From Takakia lepidozioides (taxonomy: Eukaryota > Plantae > Bryophyta): a stretch of DNA of 64,000 nt. The stretch's first letter is position 1; each line of letters starts with the position of its first letter. The notes beneath the pieces were generated by a model. The model had not been told where the DNA came from. It made no database searches and worked only from the letters and a program-made list of their open reading frames with translations. Shown piece after piece: positions 47,072 to 61,300 of this stretch. Both the position numbers and the translations under genes were made by a program. The stretch is taken from positions 43,152,001 to 43,216,000 of the forward strand of contig CM060731.1 of assembly GCA_030704615.1 (NCBI GenBank), written 5' to 3'.

Positions 47072-49358
47072 TTTTCGCCAGACAGGTCTGTTGTACTAGA
47101 ACACTCTGTGCGAGGATCCCCAAATCTACTTTCTAATATAATGTAGGGAGAAATGTCATGGAAGCACTTCACAAGTGAACTGTTTTCCAGTACTTCTTAT
47201 CTTGCCTTGAGGCATTCCTTTCTCCTACTACCTCATATCTGCTCGAACTCGGTGATCACTTTAACACTGCAAATCTGAGAATTTTGTAAGTGTTATCAGA
47301 GCAGTGACGACAACAAGTCGGGTAGAATGGTTCTACACTCAGTAATGAACTGTAGTAGATATTTAGGCACTTCGTACTTAATTCCATGTACCATACAAGG
47401 GACCTGTTGTTGGAGTCCTCGTTTTGCTGGTGCTACCTTCCGATGTAATGCTCGAGATGTTTGCATGCATGCCGTGTATTCCAGATCAATGTGCAAGTAT
47501 GATCTGAAATGATGAGATTGCAGTACTCTTCCAATTATTCAAACACCCTGTACTCCCCACGTTGCAAATGCGCACGCAGAATGCACGGTATCAAATCAAC
47601 CTGCATGTTAAAGTGCTGCATGCCCAAGTCAAACATCTTCAATCCAACCACTTTAAAAAGCATAAGGAAAACGTGCCCGCCCTGATAACCAAATCCAGTC
47701 AGCTACAGACACCTGACTGATGATGGGCATATGCGGCTTCAACATGCTTGTTGAAGTTTCGTATTGCAGAGTACATTGATTGCTGCTCAACCTTGTGAGT
47801 GTGTGCAGCCGTGTCCATAATTAATGACGAGAAGACAGCAAACTGAGTGATCAATTCACTACTTCGCACTAGAATTTGTGCATGTAGCCGGAATATCTCT
47901 TACTATCAAATGGAAATACTTAAGAACCTGTAGGGGTAAGCTCAACAACCTCTGGGATGAAAGGAAGTATGACAGAACAAGGAAATAGGGCCCTCTTCCC
48001 ATATAGTTCAATACTGAAGATTTCGGAAGGTCGGAAAGTTTACTGCCAGGCATTTCTGAAACTCTTAACGAAAGCCGCAAACGAGGGTCTGATTGGCTGT
48101 CCCTCTGCGTGCTCAAACGCATGCGGAACCGTCCGTATGCCCCCAGAAGAGAGGAAAAGAGCGAGTTTGGGCCGGAAGAGTCTACTAGTGTGAAGAGGAT
48201 CATAGTGAAACTGCATAGCTTTGTGGTAGGACGCCATTGATTTCTAAACGGGGAGTGCCGGCAGATGAGCAAACTCCTTGCCATGCTTGGAGAAAAATTC
48301 AGAGTTGCGCGTAGAGAGAGAGAAGAGAACCAACATACAAAAATTGTAGAGCGACCTGATTGCCAAAGAAGTAAGAGTAACGGGCGATTTTTGCAATCAC
48401 AGTATCCCTAACTCTGCAGAACAAATTTTCACAATCGATATCTCATTTGGAATACAATTTCGTTATGGAAAAGCCCTTGGAGCCTATGCATCTAGCAACT
48501 TACTCTAGGCTTTGCAAATATGAAGCCTAATAAGGGATTCTTCCGTAAGACAGAAAACGAGATGGCTTTTAGTCTCCCCCACGAAATACTCCAGCCCCAC
48601 ATTGCCCTGGCGAGGTGTTTGCGTAAAGGTCCGAATTGCAAGTACATATGAAGAAGCCAGAGACTTCCACACAACGGCAAAGAGACTCTTCTGCCATCTT
48701 TCGAACTACCCTAAGGAGGAGCGGATAACGCATATTCTTTTGTCTGATTAGCAAGACCGACAGCATTTTTCTCGGGAGCTCGTCTGGTGCGGCAGACGTG
48801 GCTTCGAAACAGCCCTGTCGTGGCAACCACATGCTAGAATTCAATCGTGGTGGTCAACTCATACAGACTGAGAAAGCTCAGCGGGTTACCACTATCAGTC
48901 TCTGGCCGTGCGAAGTGAAAAGGAACTCCAGTGTACTCATCCCGATTCCCTTTCTCTCTGTGCATACTGCTCAGGAGAAAACCAAGCTGGGTACAGTCAG
49001 ATCCTATCTTCAGGAGGCGTCTGCTCAGCTCTGAACCTGTGACAACTCGGGATCTGCAAAATGCCTCGCTGGGCTATGTGCTGCCGCTGTTTTGTGGGTG
49101 GGCGGGGCCCAAGCACAGAAAGCTCCGGGCAACGGGCAGGATCCGAGAGAAAATGTTTTTCCCGCTCCTGCTCCTCCAGTTCCCGCCAAGGATACGAACT
49201 CGTTGGTGGGTGTGAGGATTCTTCTTCGATGGACAAATGAATCTCTCTACTCCAGCACTTCTCGCTCTACTTGAACTGATTTCGTATTGGGTAAGCACCG
49301 AATTGCAGGGCGGTAGTCTGAGGTGAAAGAGACGGACTGCTACCTTTCAGAGGTTGAG

Positions 49359-52300
49359 ATGAATATCGAGAGTTTGACATCCGTTTGTACGTGCCTGGGC
49401 TCTATTCGTGAAGACGAACACGGACGAGAGACATATGTGAAGAATCCCGATTGTCTTGGTATGTCCCCCCCTCTTCCCAAAGAAAGAAATGAAGTGTAAC
49501 GTCCGCGTAAAGCTCAAAGAGTTTAGGGGACCAGAGAAAGCAGGATACAAGAACGAGAAAGAGAGTGGGGCCCTCAAGAACTGATCTGAAATGATACTTT
49601 ATGACGTCTGCGGAAAGCTCAACGAGCTTACGGACAAGAGAAAGCATGAAATGAGAAAGAGAGAGGCCAACCCCCTGCAAGCAGCCCTCCATCAACACTT
49701 CAAAGAAAGAAATGAAATGTACTTTGAAAGAAATAGATTCTGTAGCGTCCACAGAGGGTCCATGGGGATAATGTAGGACAAACCAGAACGAAGTAAGCAA
49801 CTTTACAACGTCCGTAGGATCCTCGAGGGATCATGAGAGGGGGAGAAAGTGAGATCCCTCAGCGGATTCTTGGAGAATGTTACTTTCACAGTATTAAATT
49901 TTCCTTAACCTAATGTGACACCTGAGCCTCTGCATTATGAGGCTCAAGTTTTTGGGTCTGATTTACATTACTTCAAGGCAGATCTAACAACATGCATGTT
50001 GAGGGATGCAATGTTGGCTTGTAAGTTTGAAGTTGGCGTCTTGGTTGGAGTATTTGTGATTGTTAAGGTTCTATGCTGAACTTGAATGCGTGGAAGAAAA
50101 AGAAAGTGGGACGCTTGCACTTTAAGACCAACCCCCAAACCCCCCACCCTCCAGAAGCACAAATCCGTCCAGTCTAGGGCAACTTCCGCTTTTCAATTGT
50201 GTATTTCTTACTTGTGAAAGTGAAGGACGTGACCTTGAGGTGCGGTTCTTGCATAAGAGAAGGAGATGAGTCCCACTTTAGCTATCAGGAAATCTTTCAG
50301 TTTTGTAGATAAACCTCTGGCCTCTGCGGTGTACATTTCTGGGTCTAGGAAGTCTAGAATTAGACTCCTCCAATTTAGATTTTCCAGTGAAATCCACCTA
50401 GAAAGTAATTGAGAGGTTTTAAAGTGCTTTATTGAGATTCCTGATCTCCCACTACACTCCTAGTCAAATTTTAAGATTTGGAACTCCGAATCACTTCGAG
50501 TAATCTGCACAGTTTTTCTTACTAAGCTCTGATATTGAAATCTCCTGGAAATGGGCCTACAAAAATTGACCACTGTACTGACTCGCTTAGCTCAACCAAT
50601 CTCTGCTGCCAATCCTGCCTTTTTCTGTGAAGCTGCTCTGGTAATTCATGATGTTGAGCAAGAGATGACATGGGAGAAGAGGATAGGATGTGTCCTTGAG
50701 ACAATTCTTGCTGTGTGTGTGGAATGGGAAAGGGAGCCAGAAGGGACCCTTATAAATCTAATGAACTATGTTCCAAGCATTAGGTTCTATTTCTTAAACA
50801 CTAGTTTGCAGCCTTGTGCTTTTGGTGCACCAATGGAGCCGATGACTTTACTGCTTGTGGGCTAAGAATTGTGGTTGGGAAAGCCCATCATTGAGCAGAG
50901 GAGAAGACTGAGGTACCAAACCTGCACATGTATCCCACAGGCTTTAAAATGGGGTCCTTTTATAGGAACGCATGTTGACTTGGGTCTGAATCCAAGTTGC
51001 TTACATCCTACTATCAGAAGGAAAAGTTTTCTGAGGGTCCTGTTGTTGTGAAAGGCGGTCCTCAACCAAAGTCGGCAAATCTCTCTTTTGCTCAGTGACC
51101 TCCCTTGCAGCCAGGTTGCCAGTATTGTTGCGGCTGTGTTCCAACTTGTGGTCTGCAATTGTCGCTGTGGGGGTGCTCCCAAAGCTTCATGTTGGATGCT
51201 CATTACTTCTATGTTTGTAAAGCGTTATAAAGCACCATTTCATTTCATTTCATTTGTGACAGGGAATTTGAAACTTATTCAGCGATTTTTAAGGCGTGAT
51301 GACCCTATCGACAGGAACATATTTATGCAGCTTGGCAAATGGAATACCATCCGTCAAGATGTGCTCCCAATTATTATACACTACCGCCACAACTACGACC
51401 TCGTTCTCAATGCAGGTTAGCCTCTCTCCCTTTTTGAAGTTACCGAGCTACTACCTTAGGGTTCTTCAGTTTCAATAACCCGGTTGTGCCCGGTGCATGC
51501 TAGGCTTAGGGGTTCTTCCCGTTGCAGGTTTTCCCACCTACCAGTCTCTATCCGTAAATTGTGGGAGCCCACCCTGAACCGCCCCAATGCCCTCAGAAGA
51601 GAGGGAGGTAAAGGTGCACTTCCGCCCTCCCTGTTGCCCCCAGTGAAGGTGGGGCATAGGTGGTCTTCCCGTTGCTGGTTGCCCCACCTACCTGTTTCTA
51701 TCCGCAGGAATCAACTTCATGATGTGAGAGTCTGACCATCTCATGCAGAATGGATGAACATATTTATTTATTGTTTGCAGTGAAGGTGATGGTGTTTTTG
51801 ACAATGCCAGTGGACCCCACGTCAACCAACATCCCCCAGCAGCTTGAGTACTTGAGGAACTTTAAGGCAGCGGTGTTGGAAGACGATGCCATTGGTGTTG
51901 TTGTTTCCCATCTTCAAGAACCGCTCGAGCATATGGAAAGGTATGAATTTGGTACGAAGGGGTGAGGTATTTCACCATTTGGTGATAATGTGAGTACGAA
52001 TCTGTGAAAGCTGTCCTAGAGCCAAGGCCATCCCATTTGTGAGATTTCATTTTACAAAAGCTGGTCGTGAATCTGACGTTGCATGAGGGATCCTATTAAT
52101 GCAGCACTGTGGTTTTGACAAATATATTTACAGAGAGGAAGTCTTGAGGGGAGGGACGGAGCTTGACTAACAAACTTTGGTTTTCTTTTTGGAATGTACA
52201 GCGGAGCACTGACAGAACTCGATGGAAAGATGTTTCAATTAGTGCTCACGTTGATAAGGAACCTTTTGGCCGTTGACGACACATTCTCTACGTTGACAAG

Positions 52301-55300
52301 AACAGCAGCACTGGCCAATGCCCATGCAGCTTACCTCAAAGATGAGCTCTTAGAGCGTCTGTTCCGAGAAAGTGTGACAGATTTGCTTTTGGCCCTCACA
52401 CAGCATGTGGCTGGCCATCATGGGTTTCTTCGGTATGATAATCTGTTGCTACTTGAAATTATCAATCACCTCTTTTGGGGCCAGCAACCAGAGGTTATTG
52501 CCCGGAGTGGTGACAAGGGTGCTAAGGTAAAATTCCTCTAAGCCCTTTGCGAGATGCTTCGGTGGGTATTGACTTCCAGGGTTGCTAAATCCTCTGAGTT
52601 GGTCTGTGTTCCAAATCAATGTCATCAAGTGTTGGAACCCCTTGCTCTCCTGTCAATGAATAGAATGTACTCATCAAACTTTGTTTGCCGTAGCCTTGTG
52701 GATATAGACCCTGCGCCCAGTTTGGACGGAAACTTAGGAAACACTGTTCTGAGGAGCTCAATCCAGTAGTGGGACTTACCTTGAATGTCAATGAATAGGT
52801 TGTGGATGTAAGCCATCTAATGTGAGTCAAATCCAAATCCCTCCATTTGAAAAACTAAATGTTCTCTTGAATTGTTCACATCTATGCAGAAACCAAATTC
52901 GAGGCCAAGATCTTCAAAGGTACTCGAAGCCTCGATACTCCAAGAGAAAGAGGAAAGAAAAAATCTGAAGTTCGTTGATGTGTCCCGCCATTCAGGCTTC
53001 AGTGGAACCTTTGTTCGAGTTGAGAAGGTATAGCACATCTCTCTCTGTCTTTCTCTAGACGAGTCTCTATGAGCTTTCCGCGGACATTATAAAGCACCAT
53101 TTCGATTCATTTCTACCTTAGACAATCTCTTGACGTTGAATAGTTGTTTTTGGGCTGCCTATTGACAGCCCCACATTCTTTCTTGTATCCTTCTTTCTTT
53201 TGTCCCGTATTCTCTTTGAGTTTTCCTTGGTCACTATAAGGTTTCTTTACATTTCATTTCCTTAGCTTTCCGCAGACGTCATAAAGGACCATTTCATTGA
53301 TTTCTTTGTTTTCTTCCATTTTGTCCCATGAGCTCTATGAGCTTCCCGCGGACATTATAAAGCACCATTTCATTTCATTTCTCTCTCTAGTCCCATATAG
53401 GCTCTTTGATATTTCCACAGACCTTAGGAAGTAACATTTCATTTCATTTCTCCTCACTGGGACGTTGTTTGAAGATTAAACAGAAAAAGGACCATGGAAA
53501 TCTGAATGGTGCTCTCTTTCTTTCGTCATAAAGCACCATTTCATTTCCATTTCATTTCTTTCAGGATGGATCCAGAACATTGCTGACGAAAAACCCATAC
53601 CAGTCACCTTTAGAGAACCTGCTACAGAAGCCAGAAATCAAGCGGGGTTTGGTGAAGCGTGTTGCCCATGATCTCCCCACTCAAGCTCCGTCAAACCTCA
53701 CTGTTTGTGGGCTCCTGAAGAGCTTTGCTGACCAGTTTTTGGCTGGAGGCTACAATTGTAAGTCTGCTCTGCAAATGTCTGGATTTTATTTTTGCTCACT
53801 TTCCTTCTTTCACAATCACTCGAGCAATAGTTTATTTTTGGCTCTGGTTTTGTTTCCTCTCTCATTTTTCTTCCATTTTGTCCCATAAGCTCTGTTCTCC
53901 CATGAGCTTTCCGCAGACGTTATAAAGTACCATTTCATTTCATTTCTGTGTAGTTTCCCATTTTGACAAAAGGCAAGGTTGCCTCCATCCGCCTTCAGGC
54001 CAAATGCAAACAGATATATCTGCGCCAACCCCCACCCAAAAAGTGGCTATTTGACAGCGTTGTCACCCAGGCCGTTGTAAGTTCTGGGCACCTGGTGTCC
54101 CTAGTCTCCTGGTATGAAAAAAATCTGGAACCGTTGCGATCATCTTTTCTCCAAGCAATGCTTTGCGCCAGAGGCACAACTCAATGTCACATCCCATGTG
54201 CAGAGTTTGCAGGCGTGCCACTTCAAACCGAGGCCCTCTTAGGGCTTACAATCTTTCTTACAAGGTTACCAGCCCTTCCACCCAAGGGGCTCGTGGCAAG
54301 AGCCCTCACAACATCTATGAGGCTCAAAACAGCAGGTTCCAAGCACTCCTGGTATGCTCAAGTCTGCAGTTTTTTTGAGCGCAATGGACTCTCTATTGCT
54401 TCGCTATGCCACTAAGTCCAGAAGGGGTGGAAATCACATCCAAACGGGATCGCAACAGACTCATTAGAAGAGAACTTATGGAACTACATGTCAGGAGAAG
54501 TTGGAAGCTACCCAATCTCACAACAAAACTCCATTTCTATCGAGAGACATTCTTGGTTCTCCGTGATGATAGAATCTTGCGGCCCAATTACCTTTCGGCG
54601 CCTTTATCTCCTTCCCTCCTGAGGGCATTGGGGCGGTTCAGGGTGGACTCCCACAATCTACGGATAGAGACTGGTAGATGGGAAACCTGCAACGGGAGGA
54701 CCGCCTATGCCCAGCTTGCACTGGGGCAACCAGGAAATTGAAACTGAAGAACACTTCTTCTTTTATTGTCCTCTATATTATGAGATCCGTGGGAGATTCC
54801 ACTGTCTATTCCGTGGAACTCAAGCTCTCACTGAAGTCTTCCACTATGAGGATCAGAAATGCTTGGCAGCTTACCTGCACGAGGCCTTGACCCTTAGACA
54901 ATCCCTTTAGCAGTAGTTGCTTTTGGGCTGTTTTTTGGCTCTGGTTTTGTTTCCTCCCCCTTATTTTCCCAGTTTGTCCGATAAGCTCTTTGAGCTTTCT
55001 GCGGACAATATAAAGTACCATTTCATTTCTTTTCTTTTCCCATAGGCTCTCTCTCTCGAGGCTGAGCCAAAAGCCCAGGCCCTCCTGAGGCCTAGTTTTT
55101 GGGCAAACCACACACAGCAGATTGATGCTTGTGTGAAGGGATTTCTAGAGGATATCTGGAAAACCCGGATTAATTCTTTATATGAAGGTAAGTCTTACTA
55201 CCAACGTCAGCCCCTGACAGAGGTAGGTTCTGTCCCTTTTGTTCCCGCTCAAACTGGGCGCGGGGTCAATGGCCACAAGGCTACGGCAAACAACGTCTTA

Positions 55301-58300
55301 TGAGTACAATCTCTCTCTCTCCCTCGAGCAGTTGTTGATTTTTGGCTCTGGTTTTTGTTTCCTCTCTCATGTGTCTTTTCCCTTTTTGTCCCATAAGCTC
55401 TTTGAGCTTTCCGCGGACGTTATAAAGTACCATTTCATTTAATTTAATTTCTCTCTGGGCCTCCCTTGGACATCTTACTCTATTTTCTTGTGTGTCATAA
55501 TAATGAAGAACATGAAGAACATGATCCTCATCCTATGGTTCAGCCGGTGCATGAGCCATATCATGGGTATACGAAAGTAAATGTATGCAGTGTTTTACAT
55601 ATTAGAAACAGTCTTTGGTACATCTTCCCATCAATGCATACTAAGTCAAGGATGAACTTCATGAAGGATACTCAGAATGAGACTCATTGCTTGTCTTGTC
55701 AAACTGCCAGTGTTGATGCAAACAGTCAAAGAGGACATTCAAAATGAGAGAGTTGGGGTGGAAGAAGTTGAGATCATGACATTCTTCACAGTTGCAAACT
55801 TTTTCACTGCTTACCAACGTTTTCTCTTCATAAACCAGGTTTGTTCCCCACTCAACCCTCTCTCTCCGCAGAAGATAAAGTATCACTTCATTTCTCTTGA
55901 AGTTGAATGGTGGTGTTGTGTTGGAGGCTGGTTGTTGGGGACCAAATATTCATCTGTATTCTCTTTCCAAGCTCTCAGATCTTGCGTGGACGTGATAAAG
56001 TTCCTTGTTTTTGGGCTGTTTGTGGCCCCCAAGTTTCACTCTGCAGCCACTGCCTTGGACAGATTGACTAAAGGTAAGGTGGCCTCCGTCCGCCTTCAGG
56101 CCAAATGCAAGCAAATACATCTGCGTCATCCCCCAACCCAAAAGTGGCTGTTTGACACCGTCGTCAGCCCTGCTACCATCTATGGTTGTGAGTTCTGGGC
56201 ACCTGGTGTCCCTGTCTCCTGGTGGGAAAAGAATTTGGAACCATTACAGTCATCTTTTCTCCAAGCAATGCTTGGCGCCAGGAGCACAACTCCATCTCAG
56301 ATCCTTAGTGCAGAGTTCGCATGTGTACCATTGCAATCCGAGGCCCTCTTCCGGCTTACAATCTTTCTCCATAGATTACAGGCCCTTCCACCCAAGGGGC
56401 TCGTGGCAAGGGCCCTCACAACATCTATGAGGCTCAAAGCTGCAGGTTTCAGGAACTCCTGGTATGCTCGAGTGGACAGTTTATTTCAACGTAACGGACT
56501 ACTGCTTTCCTATTACCAATGAATCCAGATGAGGTGGACATCACATCCAGACATGACCGCAACAGACTCATTAGGAGAGAGCTTATGGAATTACATGTCA
56601 AGAGAACTTGGAAGCTACCCAATCTCACGACAAAGCTCCACTTCTATCGAGAGACATTCTTGGTGCTCCGCGATGATAGAATCTCGAGACCAAATTACCT
56701 TTCAGCATCCTTATCTCCTTCCCTCCTGAGGGCATTGGGGCGGCTCAGGGTGGGTTCCCACAACCTACGGAGAGAGACTGGCAGATGGGAAAACCTGCAA
56801 TGGGAGGACCGCCTATGTCCAGCTTGCATAGGGCGCAGCAAGGAAATTGAAACTGAAGAACACTTCTTCTTCTACTGCCCTCTATACTACGAGATCCGTG
56901 GGAGATTCCACTGTTTATTCAGTGGAACCCAAACTTTCACTGATGTCTTCCACTATGAGGATCCAAAATGCTTGGCAGCCTACCTGCACGAGGCCTTCAC
57001 CCTTAGACAATCGCTAGAACATTAATTGTGGTTTCTGGATTTGTTCCTCTCTCATGCTTTCTTCCATTTTGTCCCATAAGCTCTATGAGCTTTCCGCGGA
57101 CGTTATAAAGCACCATTTCATTTCATTTCATTTCTCACTGAAGTCTTCTACTATGAGGATCAGAAATGCTTGGCAGCTCACCTGCACGAGGCCTTGACCC
57201 TTAGACAATCCCTTGAGCAGTAGTTGTTTTTTTTGGCTCTGATTTTGTTTTTTCCATTTTGTCCCATAAGCTCTTTAAGCTTTCCGCGGATGTTATAAAG
57301 TACCATTTCATTTCATTTCCTCTCTTTCTCAATCCCTTGAGCAGTAGTTGCTTTTGGGCTGCTTTTGGCTGTGGTTTTGTCTCACATCCTATGTGCAGAG
57401 TTTGGATGCGTGCCACTTCAAACCGAGGCCCTATTCCGGCTTACAATCTTTCTTAAAAGGTTACAAGCCCTCCCACCCAAGGGGCTCGTGGCAAGAGCCC
57501 TTCGCAACATCTATGAGGCTCAAAACAGCAGGTTTCAAGCACTCCTGGTATGCTCAAGTGTGCAGTTTTTTTGAGCGAATGGACTCTCTATTGCTTTGCT
57601 ATTGCAGAGAATCCAGAAGGGGTGGAATCACATCTAAACAGGATCACAACAGACTCATTAGAAGGGAACTTATGGTACTACATGTCAGGAGAAGTTGGAA
57701 GCTACCCAATCTCACAATAAAACTCCATTTCTATCGAGAGACATTCTTGGTTCTCCATGATGAGAGAATCTTGCGGCCCAATTACCTTTCGGCACCTCTA
57801 TCTCCTTCCCTCCTGAGGGCATTGGGGTGGTTCAGGGTGGGCCCCCACAATCTACGGATAGAGACTGGTAGATGGGAAACCTGCAATGGGAGCCTATGCC
57901 CAGCTTGCACTGGGGCAACCAGGAAATTGAAACTGAAGAACACTTCTTCTTTTATTGTCCTCTATATTATGAGATCCATGGGAGAGTCCACTGTCTATTC
58001 TGCGGAACTCAATCTCTCATTGAAGTCTTCCACTGAGGATCAGAAATGCTTGGCAGCTTACCTGCACAAGGCCTTGACCCTTAGACAATCCCTTTAGCAG
58101 TAGTTGCTTTTGGGCTGTTCTTTGGCTCTGGTTTTGTTTCCTCTCTCTTGTTTTTTCCAGTTTGTCCCATAAGCTCTTTGAGCTTTCCGCAGACAATATA
58201 AAGTACCATTTCATTTCATTTCATTTCATTTCATTTGTTTTTCCCTTTTGTCCCATAAGCTCTTTGAGCTTTCCGTGGACGGTATAAAGTACAATTTCAT

Positions 58301-61300
58301 TTCATTTCATTTCCTCTTGTCCCATAAGCTCTTTGAGCTTCCCACAGACATTATAAATTACCATTTCATTTCATTTCCTTCTTTTTCCAATTTCCTCTCT
58401 ACTATGAAATCCGGGTCTGACTCCCTATTCCACGACAATCAATCCTTCACGGGGGTCTTTCATTATGGGGACGAGATATGCCTGACAGCATACCTACATG
58501 AGGCTTCCCACGTCAGAGGATGTTGAATATTGGTCTCTTTTTTGCTGCTTGTGTCCACTTCCTCTCTCTTTTAGCCTTCACCCTTTGACAATCCCTCGAG
58601 CAGTAGTTTTATTTTCGGCTCTGGTTGTGTCCTCTCATGTTTTTTCCCATTTTGTCCCATAAGCTCTATGAGCTTTCCGCGGACGTTATAAAGTACCATT
58701 TCATTTCATTTCTCTTTTAGCATTCTGTCTTCTGTCCATAAGCTCTTCGAGCTTCCTGTGGATTGTCCAAAGTTCCATTACTTTCCATTTCATCTCATCT
58801 TTCCTTTTTTTGTTTGTTTGTTTCTTTTGAGCAGTGGTTGCTTTTGGGCTGCTTTTGGCTGCGGTTTTTGTCTCGTCTTTCTTGTTTTTACCTTTTGTCC
58901 CATAAGCTCTTTGAGCTTTCCGTGTATGTAATAAAGATTTAAAATTCTGGCTTCAAGACCTCTTGATATGTGTGGGTCTCCCAACTTCTTTGAACAACGT
59001 GGGCTGTCCGTTGCTTCCCTATTGCCAAGAAATATTGAAAATTTCTTCAAAACACGACCGCATCGGGCGGGAGCAGATGGAACTTCATGTTAGACTGACC
59101 TGGAAACCAGTCAAATTACAACTAACTTGCAGTTACATCGGGAGACATATTTGGTCCTCCACGATGATAGAATCTTACAAGCCAATTTATTGTCTACAAC
59201 TCTTTGTCCATCTCTTCTCAGGGCATTGGGAAGGTTTAGGGTGGGCTCACACAGTATGTGCATAAAGACTGGTAGGCGATCTCGACTACGAGATCTGGAG
59301 GAGATGGTATTTACCTATTCCAAGATAGACAATCCTTTTCTCTGGCCCCATGAGCTCTTTGAGCTTTCCACAGATGTTATGAAGTACCATTTTATTTCTC
59401 CTGTCTGTATGATCATTTAGACGGGTATTAATTACAACCTATGACATCCTACTTTGTAAATCCGAGCTTTTCTACACCCAGTTCCAATCACATATCTACT
59501 GGAAAAAGGAGACCCAAAACACCTCGTGTATTGCTTCCAGTAACTATGCAACTTTTGCGCTGCATCCTATTCTTTCTTCAAACATGTATGTGCAGCCAAA
59601 TGGAGAGCGTGCTTTGGCCCAGAACAGAAGTGAGGGTGGCAGACATGAGAGTATGGCTTTGTGGGGTGGATGTGGCGGTATTGCTTCAACAATGGACGAA
59701 GACATGTTTACACTGGTAGTTGTCAAATGGCAAAGATTTGCAGAGTCTGCCAAAGAGACCAGTGATTGGTTTCCATCAACAACCAGTGGGTTCCTACTGA
59801 AAGAAATGGTGAGCTTGGAAATAACTCTCAGCTGAAACAAAGTAGATCATAACTGTGTGTTAGTCTCTGTGTCTCCTCATTGGTAATGCAACTGCAAGTA
59901 CATGTGTGTGATTTTGTTAGATGGAGGGCTGGATCATCAACATTATGCTTTCTGGTATGATATAAATGTAGGCCGGTTCTACACTCACTTGACCCTACCA
60001 GGTTGCCTATGTCAAGCACTACGCCAATTTCAGGGTTGATTAAATGCCGTGGAGGGTGAAAACCATGCAATTGGGTTTGAAGAGTTACTATCCTGTGGAG
60101 ACTCTTCTCTAAAGCGTATTTCAAACCAACGCTTATTACATTGGTCAATCAATCAGGACATTTCTCTTTTCCTATTTCTTCCTTGAAGTACTGCAAAATC
60201 AGAAGTTGCTTTATTTAAGGGTTGTACCGTTGCGGGATGGAGAACAGGCTAGAAGGCTCTTTCAAGTCTCCTCTCAAGTATGCACTAATAACTGCTGGGT
60301 AGCAGATTCATATGCTTGACTACATTCTGAAGGCTGCGGACCGTTCGACCTCAGAGGGAGAAAGAGAAGTGCGGGTAGCGCGTATTCTATTGTACAAGGT
60401 TTTCTATGACCACACTGAGAATGGCATACTACCCTTTCTTCTCTGTCTCATAAAAGCATTTGACATGCACAAGCAACCTCGCAGGTGTCTCTTACCTTTT
60501 CCTTCTTTCTCGTTTTTGCAATCAGCTGACCTTGCAAAGGACTTGGAGAAAGCACTGGTAGTTCCATGCTGAGATTGTGATCCAACTTGGATTATATGGG
60601 GCCGGATCAATGGCTGCAGGCCTACAGCATGTGTGAAACTGTAGTACTTTTCTGTTTTATTTGACACTGCTCTTTAGTCCATTACTAATACAGGTCAATT
60701 TCTCTCTGCATGTGCAGCCAATTGGCAGATTTGGTAGAAACAGCACATATCGTGCTTCGTCTTCTTGACTCCATCACTGCAGAAAATGGCACTTTACGTG
60801 TAAGGCAGATGTCTGTTTCCCTCTGACTCTTGCTCTGTTAGGACTCTAAGCTTTAAGTTGACATCAAGGAACCGAACAAGACTATTGGACATAACAGCAT
60901 TGTCAGATGTACTTCATGCCATCATATGCTCTTTATGCAGGTACTGAAGAAGGCTCGAAATGGCAAGAGGAAGGACAAGAAGGATATGCTCAATGACACA
61001 TCCGTTTCCTGCACACCTAGCATTCACACAGAAGCACAAACAGACCATGAAGTGGCTCACCCTCAAGAGAATAATCAGGAAAATCTACACACTTCAGAGC
61101 TCAATTCCAACATTTGTGGGACAACTGCAACAAATGTTGAAAATTACCAAGAGGGTACTGGTGCCTGTCCAGGTGAGAGAGGGCCAGAAAGTGACGAAGA
61201 AATACAAATCGAAAGAGTGACTACTGCAGGTTTAATGCAAGAAATGGAGGTGGACAATGAGATTGGTGAAGAGTTTGACAAAGACAGCAACAGAGAAGGG

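Noticed and set aside
50832-50930. Candidate TIMELESS first exon MEPMTLLLVG
   Set aside because: It has an in-frame stop. The exon at 49359-49458 fits the family N-terminus and the splice phase.
53060-59400. Repeat-spacer pattern resembling a CRISPR array
   Set aside because: The units are LINE 3' ends attached to variable lengths of ORF2 and UTR, spacing is irregular, the context is a eukaryotic intron, and there are no cas genes.
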